From Octopus bimaculoides (taxonomy: Eukaryota), in NCBI RefSeq assembly GCF_001194135.2, contig NC_068986.1:691016-743757 (forward strand): a stretch of DNA of 52,742 nt, written 5' to 3'. A program made the translations under genes and the position numbers. Every line of letters begins with the position of its first letter. The stretch's first letter is position 1. Of the stretch, positions 23,096-35,910 are shown in pieces. The notes below the pieces were generated by a model. That model did no database searches. It saw only the letters and a list, made by a program, of their open reading frames with translations, and was not told where the DNA came from.

Positions 23096-23128
<33 letters not shown>

Positions 23129-24329
23129 ACAGCGTTGAGATATACTGCTGACAATGAAAATAAATGTTTAGTAAATTTAACAGGGTTTGTCAAAGAAACC
23201 CCACCCCCCAGAAAATTGTGAGTGGCAGAGTGCAAGATTTAAAGTATTTTATCATTGAAAACAGTGTTGTGTGGGTTATAGTTTAAGCACTCTGTAAATA
23301 TTTATGACTGGAAACTTAGAAACCACAACAATCCTCCATGGTATATAAGGGTTGATTCCTGAAAGCTTTGCCATGTTGATGTAAAGTGATGTAAAGACAT
23401 AGTTTCTAAACTGACTTCCGTGTTATAAGTTGAAATGTATTTCTATGAGATGCATAAGAGACCTTAGGCATCACATGTGAAATTATTAATTGTGAGTTAT
23501 TTTTGGTCATCTCTGGATTGAATATGTTGACACTAACTTAACTGGGTGGAGGGGAAGCATGTGTGTGGGTATGTGTGTGGGTGGGTGCATTACAGTTATT
23601 TCAATTTGTTAATGTTAATACAAGTGTGGAGAGCGAGCAATGTTTAAATTTATCCCATTTAATTTAGCCTTTGGTCATAAATTGTATACCAAGAGAGTTC
23701 CTACATGATGGCTTGAGCTGCTAAAAGTAGCAGCCAAACTTTCTCTCCAATTAGAACTTCACTTTTTAAGTAAACAAAGGAAGAACACGTTAGATAATGT
23801 AACGCTTCATTAACCCCAAAATGATTTGATGATCGTATCTGAGACCCTTTGATCATCTCTGTCAATAAAGGTTGATCTTGAGTAAAACAATATCCTTCGG
23901 GACTGCAAACTTCTAATTATATTGGTACATCTAATTGGGAGACAATTGTCTTTTCCTCACCTCACCTCACCAGAGTTAAGCACTGTTCATCGTGAACCTG
24001 AACATCTCTGGCAGCAAAGTGTTTCGAGGTTTAGATAAAGGAAGTAAAAAGATATGTTTGTTGAAGAGAGCTAATAAGACTGAAATATGTCTAGAGTTCT
24101 CTCCCATACTTACTGGACTAATTAGAACAGTATTAGTCATTGGCAAACATTGTGTTATATTTTTTTTCCTCATTGCCTAATTATTTCTAATTAGATTTTT
24201 AATATTCATTAACTACAGTATGTTAACATTAAATTAAGCACAAGTACAACATCTGTGTACAACTCATTGTTTGGCTGTATAAATAGAAAGAGGTGGAATG
24301 CAGCATCAGTAGAGTACTTGATAAAATAT

Positions 24330-24495
24330 CTTCTGGAATTCAGTTATGATGCTTTATGTTCCGAGTTCAAATCCTGCTGGGAGTTGGCTTTGCCTTTCCT
24401 AATTCCAGAAGTGATAAAATAGGTACCAGTTATGTATTAGGTCAGTTTTAAATGACATACCTGTCCCTCATTATTTGTGGCCTTATGTGAATGTG
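24330..24495 (+). mobile_element. Diverged SINE family A copy
   Basis: gagttcaaatcc..ttggctttgcctttcc..gataaaataggtaccag. Confidence 0.7.
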
Positions 24496-24499
24496 TGAA

Positions 24500-24823
24500 G
24501 GCACATGGCTCAGTGGTTAAAGCATCGAGCTTACGATCGCAAGGCTGTGAGTTCAAATCCTGGACTGGGCTGCGTGTTGTGTTCTTTGTGCAAGACACTT
24601 TATTTCACGTTGCTCCAATTCACTCAGCTGTAGAAATGAGTTGCGACATCACTGGTGCCAAACTGTATCGGCCCCTTTGCCTTTCCCTTGGATAACACTA
24701 GAGAGGGGAGGCCAGTATGCCTGGGCAACTGTTGGTCTTCCATAAACAACCTTGCCCGGACTTGTGCCTGGGAGGGCAACTTTCTAGGTGCAATCCCATG
24801 GTCAGTCATGACCGAAGGGGGTC
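24500..24823 (+). mobile_element. Full-length tRNA-derived SINE (family C)
   Basis: A-box tggctcagtggt and B-box gagttcaaatcc, then a CORE-like gttgtgttctttgtgcaagacacttt block. Confidence 0.85.
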
Positions 24824-25275
24824 GTAATATGTGAATGTTAGGAAAAGAATGTGAGTGAAGAGAGAAGACTTTCCTAAAACATATCCTTATGAAAATCCTT
24901 ATTGCATCAAATTTTGATGGGAAAGAACTGTTTGATAGAACTGGAGTCAGTTCTTGATAAGATGACATTGCAATATTGTTTTTGTTTCCATTTGAAGATA
25001 AATCATATCTTCATCATTCCAAAATGTAATTATTTGATGTCAATGGCTTATAATACACTTAGGAAAGAGATGAACATCACAATATTTCATTTGTCATGTT
25101 GTATATATTTCATATTTTGCAACTGAGTCAACATACATTTCAAGCCAAACCAAGTTGACCTGGCTTTAAGGAGCTAATTCACTGCTGTAGATTCTCAAGT
25201 AAAGTTTCAACTGAAACTTGGCATTGGCAAATCGTTTCCAGTTGCAAGCATAACATTCTTTGTCAGACCAAAATA

Positions 25276-26553
25276 TTTGGCTGGAAACAAAGTTCTGTTG
25301 CATTTTTTTTATATGATCATTTTGAGAGTATTTTTTCAATACTTACAGTATAATAAGCATTAATTTTTACATTTTAATGTTTTTCTTTTTTTACAGATTA
25401 TTTTCTACTTTAGTGGTTAAATTCATGTTGACTTAACCTTTTAAAATGATGTTTATGTCAGACCCGTGTGAGACTCTACGTGCTGTACGAATTCAAAAGA
25501 GGCTCTTCAGCAATAGAAGCAGTGAGAAATATTCATTGTGTCTATAGAAATGATGCTTTTAGTGTCTGGACATGTCGATGATGGTTTGGCCAGTTTTGCT
25601 TGGGAAAGTTTCCTCTTGCAACTCCCCTTGATCTGGACAACCAAGTTCTATCAATATTGACCTTCTAAAAACCATAGTTTAAGAAAATCTAAAGTAAACA
25701 ACATGAGAATGAGCAAAACAGTCCGAATCAAGTCATACTTTGATCATGAAACACATTCACAAACTAAAAAATGTGTCTACACTTGGTCAGTGGGGGGGGG
25801 GGTCCCTCATCATGTGACTGCTTCTCAGTTTAAACAAAGAGTTGCCCTCTGCTCATCATTGAAAAGTAGACTTACTGCCAAACCTTTCCTGAGTAGTATC
25901 ATCACAAGTGATGAAAAGTGGGTTCTCTATAAGCATATCCACCAAAAATGACAATGGTTAGCATCCAATGAAAAAGAATAATTTATCCCCAAACAAGGAC
26001 AACTCCACCAAAAATGTTATGCTCTGTGTTTGGTAAGATATGAAGGGTGTTATCTATCATGAAGTGTTAAACCAAAATAAACCAGTTCATGGAGGGAAGT
26101 ATTGCTATCATTTGGAAGCATTGCACAAGAATTTGCATAAAATACATCCCTGATTAGTCAATTATGAAGAGGTGTTGCTCTTACACAATAATGACCACAT
26201 TATTACCCAAGTTCTTTGGGGAAAGATTATAGCTCCAAATATGGAAGTTTTACCTCATCCTACTTTTTCCTGCAGACTTTGCTCCAGCTTCACTCATCTT
26301 TTCAGATCTTAGCAACTTGATTAGCAGGAAGGCAGTTTATTAATTGTGAAGTGATTAAAAATGATATTGAGTGATTCTGTGTTTTGAAACCTGAAGAATT
26401 TTATTCTCACAGGATCGACAATTTGCCAAATAGATGGGATCATGTTATTAATAATGATGGGAAATATTATCTTGATTAAATATACCAATTAAGACCCAAA
26501 AAGTATGTTTCTTTCCTATCTTGAAATGCAACAGGACTTTCTTTTCAACCAAA
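25276..26553 (+). mobile_element. Full-length (1278 bp) decayed mariner transposon
   Basis: 30-bp TIRs at 25276-25305 and 26524-26553 (4 mismatches), with TA on the left. Remnants: LYEFKRGSSAIEAVRNI, VPHH..QRVALC..PFLSSIITSDEKWVLY, EVLPHP (YSPDL region degraded). Many stops. Confidence 0.95.
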
Positions 26554-26861
26554 CTGAACTGCTATTATAGATAATTTATTGTATATAATCCACTTAATTT
26601 TCTCTAATTACTTTTATTAGGATCTCTTCCCTAGTTTTATATTAAATATCTGATACTATTTGAAAATACACAAAATTAATTGAATTGGGAAATTTTAATT
26701 ATTTCGCTTTCGCTTACTAGTGTCATGCTACAAAACATTTGAAGGCAATCAAGTTTTGATGTGATATGATTATATTTCATGCAGTTGATTTAACTAAATA
26801 TGTCTACCTATTTCTCTGTTCTTTGTCCTTCTGTTTTCATTTGACTAATTTGTTCTGCATA

Positions 26862-27043
26862 CAGGCACCCCTTGCATTACAGGTTTGCTCTCCTAAAAAA
26901 TCTTGTTATAAAATTGAATTATCTGTAAAATGAAATCAGTTCTGTAATATAAGTCAATGGGAATGTAGGTTTTGCATTACAGAAGTTTATGTTACAGTAA
27001 GGTTTTCAGGAGCAGAATACTTCAGTAATGTAGAGGATACCTG
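26862..27043. mobile_element. Tc1/mariner (Tigger-like) MITE, about 180 bp
   Basis: TA-CAGGCACCCCTTGCATTACAG on the left; the reverse complement of the right end is CAGGTATCCTCTACATTACTG. Confidence 0.7.
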
Positions 27044-27084
27044 CATACAGAAACATGCCAACAAGTGAGCTTCAACGTGGTAAC

Positions 27085-27410
27085 TTGATTTGCTAGAAAT
27101 AACAGCCTTATCACTCTCAAATCACACCCTAGTATCTTAAAACGACATATTTGATGACGTGATTGTAGATACACCATGGTTGAATAAAAAAAAATAGGAT
27201 GGTCACAGCTAACATGGGTGTCACAAAAGAGGGATGTCAGAGGAAGAGGGGAACCACCTGTTTTCCTGATGCAGGTGTGAAGGAATGCAAAATTTCTTCT
27301 GGTTTATTAACAATTAAGGTGGGAATGCCAAAGCTATCTTTGTTCTCAAGCATTGAGGACCCTTACCATGCCATTGCATAGCTGGAATGTCTCTGAATAT
27401 ATTTCTATTA
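27085..27410 (+). mobile_element. Dispersed repeat (gctagaaata..aaatcacacccta..ggatggtcac..ctggaatg) interrupted by a ~170-bp insert
   Basis: The block ggatggtcac-agct-ggaatg is split, with AGCT on both sides of 27212-27383. Confidence 0.5.
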
Positions 27411-28589
27411 GAACAGGGCTGACTAAACAACAACAACAACAACAACAATAATGTGTGTGTGTGTGTGTGTGTGTAGACATGTCAGGATATACACTTAACG
27501 CTAGAGATGCAGTGGTCATCATTATTGCATGTATGAAAATATCATCAAATTTTGACGTTTTATAAACCTTATCTTGGTCAATTGCTTATAATTAACATGA
27601 ATGGTATTTATTTAGTTTTGTTGGTTTATTTATTCATATTTTGAAGCCTTTTACTACTTATTTTGTTGTTATAGTAACTAAAAAGTAATTCCATTATTTT
27701 TTTTAAAGTTAATATTTCAATAGGAAGCAAAGACTGAAAATCTAGAAAGGTGCATCAATTACTCCCTAGTTCTTCATTATCCCTAATATTCATGTAAAAA
27801 TTTTCCATGCTCTTCTCCTAGGGACAGTATCACCCACTTTGAAAACACACTCTGAGTCTGCCAATATGAAGGAGGCCACAGTAAATTACCACCAGGTAAC
27901 ATGGTTAAAGCCATACTTAGAGCAATACATGCAATATTGTCTTCCACTATTTGTGTTGTTAATCTAGGGCTGCATATCTTGAGGGTCCAATTCTGTTGCT
28001 GATTAGCCCTAAACAAGCCCTGATGAAACAAACCAAGGATGAAAGTAGCCTTTTTTAGGAATGAGGGGAATGCTAAGGTCCGTTGGGTTAGGGTTAGGGA
28101 AGAAGCAGATTAGATGCAGTAACGCTTCCCACACCCTAGGGAAATGAAAAGGGAACGTCCTCGCTTTGCATCTACCCTCCCATCCGTTTCCATGAATGGA
28201 GCAGATCTATGAATCAAGGCGTTCCAGTCGTGACCATTCTGTAGTTTTTAAAAAATCTTTTGTATATATCATTGTCCAATGCGATCTTTTTTAAAAACCA
28301 TAGGGTGCGTTTTAAGAGATAATTGGCTGCTGTTTCTAGCATGTCAGGACTGCTTAGATGCCACCCCGTTGTTTCACTAACTGGTGGATTGATTCTCTTT
28401 GTTGTCTAATTCTTGGACAATTCATAGAATTAAAGAACTTGGTGTTGGCGTGAGTAGCTAAATATGCAGTAGACTGTATGCTAATGCTAGTATTTTATCT
28501 GTATCTGAAAATACAGTGTTTGTATAAGCAGAAGACGGTGGATGGTAAATTTAGTAGAGCCGTGCAACAAACTGATTAGTTCCATTTAG

Positions 28590-28725
28590 TTTTGTCACTA
28601 TAGGTTCTGAGTTCAAATCTCACCGAGGGTGAGTTTGCCTTTCATCTTTCCAAGATCGATTAAATGGTTACCAATCAAGTCCTGGGATTGATTTAATTGT
28701 TATAACATTCCTCCCACCAAATGTG
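28590..28725 (+). mobile_element. Diverged SINE family A copy
   Basis: gagttcaaatctcaccgagggtgagtttgcctttcatc..gatcgattaaat. Confidence 0.75.
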
Positions 28726-29779
28726 TTAAAGTAATCTAAATAGCATGTGTATTTTAATTAGCACATTATAGTCTTGAAACGTAAAGGGTTTACAATAATT
28801 AAGGAATTAGACGAACAATTTTGGAGACAATAGGTATTATTTTAAAAAAATAATAAAAGATATCAGTGCGAACATCCTTGAGTTATAGTTTAAACGACCT
28901 TGGAAAGTACAACAGTATTTCCAGGTCAACTTCGAAGGGAAATGAAAGAAAAAATTTATTATTAAACAACGAATATGCCTGTTTCGCTATAAGAGATGAG
29001 AGTCAGTCTCGATCAACTTCATCCATAACACTGTCTCCGAGGTATAGTTTTGTTTTGTTTTCATTTACAATTGATTGTTTATTTTTGAAATTATTATTAT
29101 TGTTGTTGTTGTAATTTTGGGTAGGGTGTAAGAAGGAAACGGTCTTTAAAGACGATTTTGTCGTCCGTTTTGAAGTTAAAAATAATAATAAATGGGGGAA
29201 AAAATAATGGTATGGCTCGATTGATGATTTTCGTCGTTATACGTCCTTGAATACAGCGATTGCTTTGATCTTTGTGATCATTCTTACTTATTTAGTTTCC
29301 TCTCGAAGTTGATGTGTACTGGGTGTAAGGGCGCACGTGTTTTGTCTATTCCGTCAACGTGAGAGGAATCTCTGATATTTGTTATTCATTGGTTAAAGTG
29401 CTCCCTTTCGCGGCCACACACCATTTCAGATTTATATACACGCTGTTTTTCTTTTTCCTTTTTCATGTCTTCCTAAGCAACTAGCCAAATATACAGAGCT
29501 AATTACACCCCCGACCCACCACGCACACATATACACACACACATAAACACACACAATATGCACACACTCGATTTCTGTATTAAGCACTTATGTACATACA
29601 TTTATGCGTGTATGTAGATCTATGTAAATATGAATAAATGAATATGTATATTATAAACTAGCAATACTAGTTAGACTGTATATTTAGATTAATAAACACT
29701 GACATGCAAATAAAAACTAACAGCAACAACTTCAATGTGACATCCATATAGTTTCTGTTAGGACGTATAATACACCCTC

Positions 29780-29820
<41 letters not shown>

Positions 29821-30518
29821 CACACATGTAATCCTCGCTTGCATACATACAGAGCTTAAATGCGGTATTCATACAGTTGGTACTTGTAAGAGCACTACTC
29901 TGAATTAACCACACACATATACACACAGAGAAAGAGTAGACGCTTCTTTAAATACACACACACTCACTCACATACACACGCGCAAGTGCGCATACACTCA
30001 GATACACACGCACGCGCGCGCAAGTGCGCATACACACACACTACCGTACACATAGACACAATCTTGGTGGTAAAGCGAAGGCACATATAATACTAGAAGC
30101 TCCAATCAATTGAAAATAACTTAGACCTAAACGAGATTCTAGCTTTCAATTGTCTACATCTTCCTGAGGAAAGCTTTATTGAAAGAAATCTTGCGTGTGT
30201 ATACACTGAAAGCACTGCTTTTCAGATACCTGGACAAATTTAAACATTTATTCCGATTCATTCAAACACACACACATATATATATACATAGGTGCGAAAA
30301 CTTTCCTATTTATAAACAACAGTAATTTTCTATTATGAAATGAAAGGCTGAAACTGGTATGTATGTATATAAAAGAAGACACATGTGTGTATGTGTTTAC
30401 ATTGTAGAGTTTTATGCGTAAATGTAAATATATTTATATATAATTCTGTATTTACTCAAATATTTAGATATATGTATATATATACACGAACATGTGCATA
30501 GAATGTGCTTGCTGTAAA

Positions 30519-30566
<48 letters not shown>

Positions 30567-33500
30567 NNNNNNNNNNNNNNNNNNNNNNNNNNNNNNNNNN
30601 NNNNNNNNNNNNNNNNNNNNNNNNNNNNNNNNNNNNNNNNNNNNNNNNNNNNNNNNNNNNNNNNNNNNNNNNNNNNNNNNNNNNNNNNNNNNNNNNNNNN
30701 NNNNNNNNNNNNNNNNNNNNNNNNNNNNNNNNNNNNNNNNNNNNNNNNNNNNNNNNNNNNNNNNNNNNNNNNNNNNNNNNNNNNNNNNNNNNNNNNNNNN
30801 NNNNNNNNNNNNNNNNNNNNNNNNNNNNNNNNNNNNNNNNNNNNNNNNNNNNNNNNNNNNNNNNNNNNNNNNNNNNNNNNNNNNNNNNNNNNNNNNNNNN
30901 NNNNNNNNNNNNNNNNNNNNNNNNNNNNNNNNNNNNNNNNNNNNNNNNNNNNNNNNNNNNNNNNNNNNNNNNNNNNNNNNNNNNNNNNNNNNNNNNNNNN
31001 NNNNNNNNNNNNNNNNNNNNNNNNNNNNNNNNNNNNNNNNNNNNNNNNNNNNNNNNNNNNNNNNNNNNNNNNNNNNNNNNNNNNNNNNNNNNNNNNNNNN
31101 NNNNNNNNNNNNNNNNNNNNNNNNNNNNNNNNNNNNNNNNNNNNNNNNNNNNNNNNNNNCGAGATTAGATTAAACAACTGCGAAAGATTTTCATTTAATC
31201 TTTTTTGTTAGAATTTTCCTCTTTCTTCTTCTGTTTCTTTACTCTGACCATTTTAACAAACTCAAGTCGTTGGTTTTCAAGGTAAATATCGCAAAATAAT
31301 TAAGACGAAGAGTATAAAATGAGAAATAATAATTAAATTTTTTAGTTGACCGCTGTTACTAAAAACAATAGAATAAAATTTAGAAGTGGGCTAATGGATA
31401 GAGCTTAGAGGTCAAGAAAACTAGTCTGAAGTCCTTCAACTTATAGAAAATATCAATTTCGGATTCGTTGACAATGATTTAAGCGTGGGATTTTCTAAAG
31501 TGCGCTGGTTGTTGCAATAAAAGAGAAAACAGCCAGGCTTGAGAAGCCTTGATCTTCGGGCAGTTGTATCGGGGAACTTTTCTGCTGCTTGGAGCTCCCC
31601 ATTTTCGGATATTGGAGCGCATTCCACGGCGCCAATCGAAACTTTCTCTGGGCATGTCCTGCGGATTTGGGAGTTGATCTCCTTACTCATGGAGGTCTTG
31701 TAAAAGCAAGGGTACAGCCACTTCTTCCTTCAGACCAAACACCAGAGTTTTACTAACAATCTCTTGTACATTTATACCATTTTAGACTTATATAAATTAG
31801 AAATTGGTTTTCCTTTCCTCAAGAAGCTTCCTTATTTAGTTTCCTTGCCACGTGCACCCGAACTTGTGAGACTTACAACAAAGTTTTGGCTGGAGTTTCC
31901 GATCATTGATCCTCCCACTTTAATTGTCACAAACGTAAATTTTGAGGAATTTCATTTTTCTCTTTAATCTTCGGTACAGATGATTGGGTTCTATTTAGAA
32001 ACTATCAAAGCTTAATATTTCTTTAAGTTGTATTCTAATACACAAGATTTATCCTCATTGAACCAAGATTTCAAGCCCTCTTTTTTAAGAATGAATTGCT
32101 GATTTGTTGGTTTTGAATGCAAAACATATTACTATTGAAAGAAACTAGATAATAGTTCAGCATTACACATTGAAAAAATGTCATTAAAGTTAGCTTTCAC
32201 TCATTGCCCTTGATAGTGAATTTTTTCTTTTTTTGTCTGCTAGGAAGCTTCGTAATCAATATATTGTTGTGTTCCTTAAATTCTATGTTGTACCTGTGTT
32301 CAGATAATGTTTCAGAATTTTGTGTTGCCAAATGTCTTGCGGGAATTCGGGATTATGGAATCCGTTCCTTCGTTATTGTGTAACAGACGTACGTACGAAA
32401 GGAAGTCAACTGTTTTATTTGGAAGGGATGTTGTGAAACACCCACTCTATACTTTTTCGAATTATTGTTTGAATTGTGGTCTTTATTAGTACTGTACCTG
32501 TCTAATGCACATATGAGGAATAAGCAACATCCTTTTGATCTCTGAGTAAAGCTGTTTGATTGGAATTCTATGTTAATAAGGGATGCATGCAATGGCTTTT
32601 TTTTTTTTTTAGGTTATGTTGGTCTTGTGACTTGAGTATTTAAGCATTTATCTGTCCCCTCTTGCTTGAGATCTTTGGTATTTCTGGATTTGTGTAGAAT
32701 TTTCATTGTCTTTGCTGAACATATTCACCAAGTATTCGTTAAATAGCTTCTCTTCCAACTTAGTCGCCTGTTTCAAAAGTGTTATTTGCATCGTGCAGGT
32801 TCAGTTTATACTAAATTAAACTTTATCTCTTTCTCAACTGATTTATTAAATTGACACAACCCCACCAAAAGGAACAAATGATATTAGTGGGAAGAAAATG
32901 TCTACAATCGGGGGCAGAAACTGGATTGCCGATGCAGTTTTCCAGGTGCTCTCTTCCGAAAACTTCCATTTAAACCCACAGCAATTGCCCTGAGGATCGT
33001 TATTATTGGGTTTTGACCGAATTTAGTTTAGTGGGGTTTTTGTTTTTTTCAACTCAAGCCTCTGGTTTTCTGATACAATTTTCGCCTGAGCTTTGTCAAT
33101 GAAAACAAAATCGGAAATTAAAATGTTTTTGACATAAATTCAGTTCCATAAATTTCTAATGATAGTCTGATTGGATTAATGTGAAATAAAGAGTAAAGAA
33201 AAATTAAAACTCTACATTTGTTTTCAGAAATCTATATTAGCACTAATTAGCAGTTTAATTAGTATTCTTAAAATATTAGAGATTTTTATATGATTTTTAT
33301 CCTTTAATTTCCAAATATTTGTTGTGTATTTTGATGATGATGGTTGTGTTCGTGGAAAAGGAAATGGGTGTTGGTGGAAGACAGAAACTAATAATATTAG
33401 AGATTTCTTCATCCTGACTCTTTCTCCACAAAATATATTTGGTTAAAACCGTGTCACCATAAGTGTGTGGGTGGTGGAGGGGAGGAATGCCGGACTAAAT

Positions 33501-34058
33501 ACCTTGCTCTAGATAGTTATCTCCCTTTACGTTCCAAGTTCAAATCACACCAAAGGCTGCTTTACAGTCACCTGTGGATCGGTAGACTCGTTAGACGGTA
33601 GGATAAATAGCTAGACGCTAAATTCAAATCCCACCCCCGACAACCTCTGCCCGGAGCCGATAAGAAACATCAAATACCTGTCAGATATTTGGGTCGATTT
33701 TAAGAATCATGCGTGTGAATTTAACTGTGTTCATTTGAATAAGCAGATGCATTTATTTATGCTGTGCGCATTTATTTAACTGTTTACAGCTATAAGCAGA
33801 TACACACTTGTATAATGTATATTGCGTATTATGTATATATATAATAGATCTGTGTGAATTTATGTTTATATCTAAAAAGTAGATACGACTAGATGTGTAT
33901 GTATAAATATACACGAATGAATTTATTTGACTGTGTATACATATATATAAAAACTTATATGTGTGTGTGTGTGTGTCGCGCGCACGCGAGCTAAGATTTA
34001 CTTACAGTTTCCAGCTGGGTACACGAGTACTAAGCTGCTTGGTGCGTGTAAACTAAAA

Positions 34059-34072
34059 CACGTGACTGACGT
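34059..34072. promoter_or_regulatory. Adjacent E-box (CACGTG) and CRE-like (TGACGT) motifs at the right edge of a CpG-rich island
   Basis: aaaCACGTGacTGACGTcc, located just before the switch to CpG-poor sequence. Confidence 0.3.
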
Positions 34073-35689
34073 CCTGAAGCCGCTTCACTACGTATATAGG
34101 TTAACTTATTTCTGTCGTTCATTCACTTGATCATTAAACCCATTTTCTATTAAACATGCCTTATTCCTTGCGGACCTTTCTCTTATATATTTTCTTAAAA
34201 ACATTAATCTGGAATTAAAAAAATATGTCGCCTTTCTCCCCCGATTCCGTTTCGTCTTCTCATTCCATAATTCGCAGCTTTTTAGAAGCAGTTCTGTTAG
34301 TAAAAAGCTGTTTACAAGGTTTTTGCCTTTCAATCAAAGAATTTCGTAATTGGTTAAAATGTAGTTTAGCGACGTAAATTCTTCGCTGTCACCTTTTTTT
34401 CTTTTCTTTTTTTTTTTTTTTTTTTTTTTTTTAGTTATTTTCTTTTTTCATCCTTTTTCTTTATTATTTATTGTTGTGGCCCAGAATCCCAACATTTTTT
34501 TATGTGAAAAAGGATTATATTAAATAGGATTGGTGAGAGTTCTATTGTAGTATTTTTTCGCTGTGTTCGCTAATAAAATAGAGGTTTTTAAGTCAATCAA
34601 TCCCAATAAAAACAATTCTTTCTCACAGTTAATAATAAAGAAATAACAATATTTTGTTTTACCTATTTATTATTTTTATCCGAGTATTTACTTGTTGACC
34701 ATGAATTTTTTTTTTATGTCTGTTAATAAGAAAGAAATGAACGCAATTAAATTCTACAGCTTAGTGGATTACGAAGTTTTAAATTGCAATATAAAATTAG
34801 ACATGCATTTACTTATGGAAGGAAATGCAAGAAATAATTTCACATACTGATGTAAATAATTATGTTCACTGTCACCATAACAGTTCGTTCATCAGGAAGA
34901 GTTTAGAAAATCACACTGATTTCTTATTTATTTACAATAATTAATTTGGCAGATGTTCTGAAATAGTTATTTCAGAGCAGTGTTGCATGAAAGTTCTGTG
35001 CAAGAATCCACTTCTTCTTCATTTCTTTATTTTCGTCACTCTTTGTAAGCATGAATTTGAAAGAAATTATTCATTTAAATTTTTATTAACTTTCGCTTGA
35101 TGCAGAAGTTATATGTAATTTTAAATATATTTTAGAATGATTTTCCAAAATGAAAAAAAAAACAATTTTTTAAAATCAAATTCTGCTGCAAAAGACTTGA
35201 AATGTTCGTTTAGAACTTGTTGCTTCCACAGAGTCATTGTTGATTTGCTGCCGGTTTCTCATGAACTTATAATAGAAGCATCTATGTTTGTAGCATGTAA
35301 ATTTAGATTTTAATTCATTTAAGGCATATGTCACTTAATTGGCCACCTGTTGTATATATAATTAATCAAAAACTATCTTCCTTTAAAAGTTGGTGTTGAT
35401 ATAGAAACACTTTCATTTCTTAATTCAAACAATTTGTTTAAAATGTTTTCTTTTCACAACATTTGCAATTCACAATGTAAAAAGAGGATATTATTAATCC
35501 TGCTAGTTTGAAGTCCACACATACTTGAACAGTTTACAATTAAGGGACATATATACACTGCAGTGCACTCGTGAATTGGCATCACTGTTTGGATTCTCTG
35601 GAACAATCCATTGTTGACATTGCCCATGCTCTATCAGTACCCATTCTGAAACATTACTTTAAAAGCATTTAGTCCTGTCTGTAAAATGG

Positions 35690-35910
35690 TTGGTGTTAGA
35701 AAGGCATCCAGCTGTGAAAACTATGCCAAAACAGACCTCCCCAGGGCTGGTGCCATGTAAAAAAAACACCCAGATCACTCTGTAAAATGATTGGCATTAG
35801 GAAGGGCATCCATCTGTAAAAACCATGCCAAAGCAAACAGTGGGGCCTGGTGTTGTCTTCTGGTTTGCCAGCTTCTGTCATACCAGCATGAAAGATGGAT
35901 GTTAAATAAT
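35690..35910 (+). mobile_element. Old RTE-tail repeat (family D), sense orientation
   Basis: Two ttgg..ttagga/aaaggcatcca.ctgt blocks and a ..gatgttaaataatgatg end. Confidence 0.7.

Noticed and set aside
24500-24575. tRNA gene
   Set aside because: A/B boxes are present, but the sequence continues into a SINE core and tail and no complete cloverleaf is evident; the same applies to 42156.
28866-29114. 82-aa ORF with a GAG|GTATAG donor at 29041
   Set aside because: GTG start, purine-rich upstream sequence with no credible acceptor, low-complexity end and no recognisable homology.
31436-31690. 84-aa minus-strand ORF MSKEINSQ..
   Set aside because: No recognisable domain in any frame; kept only as part of the unexplained CpG-rich segment.
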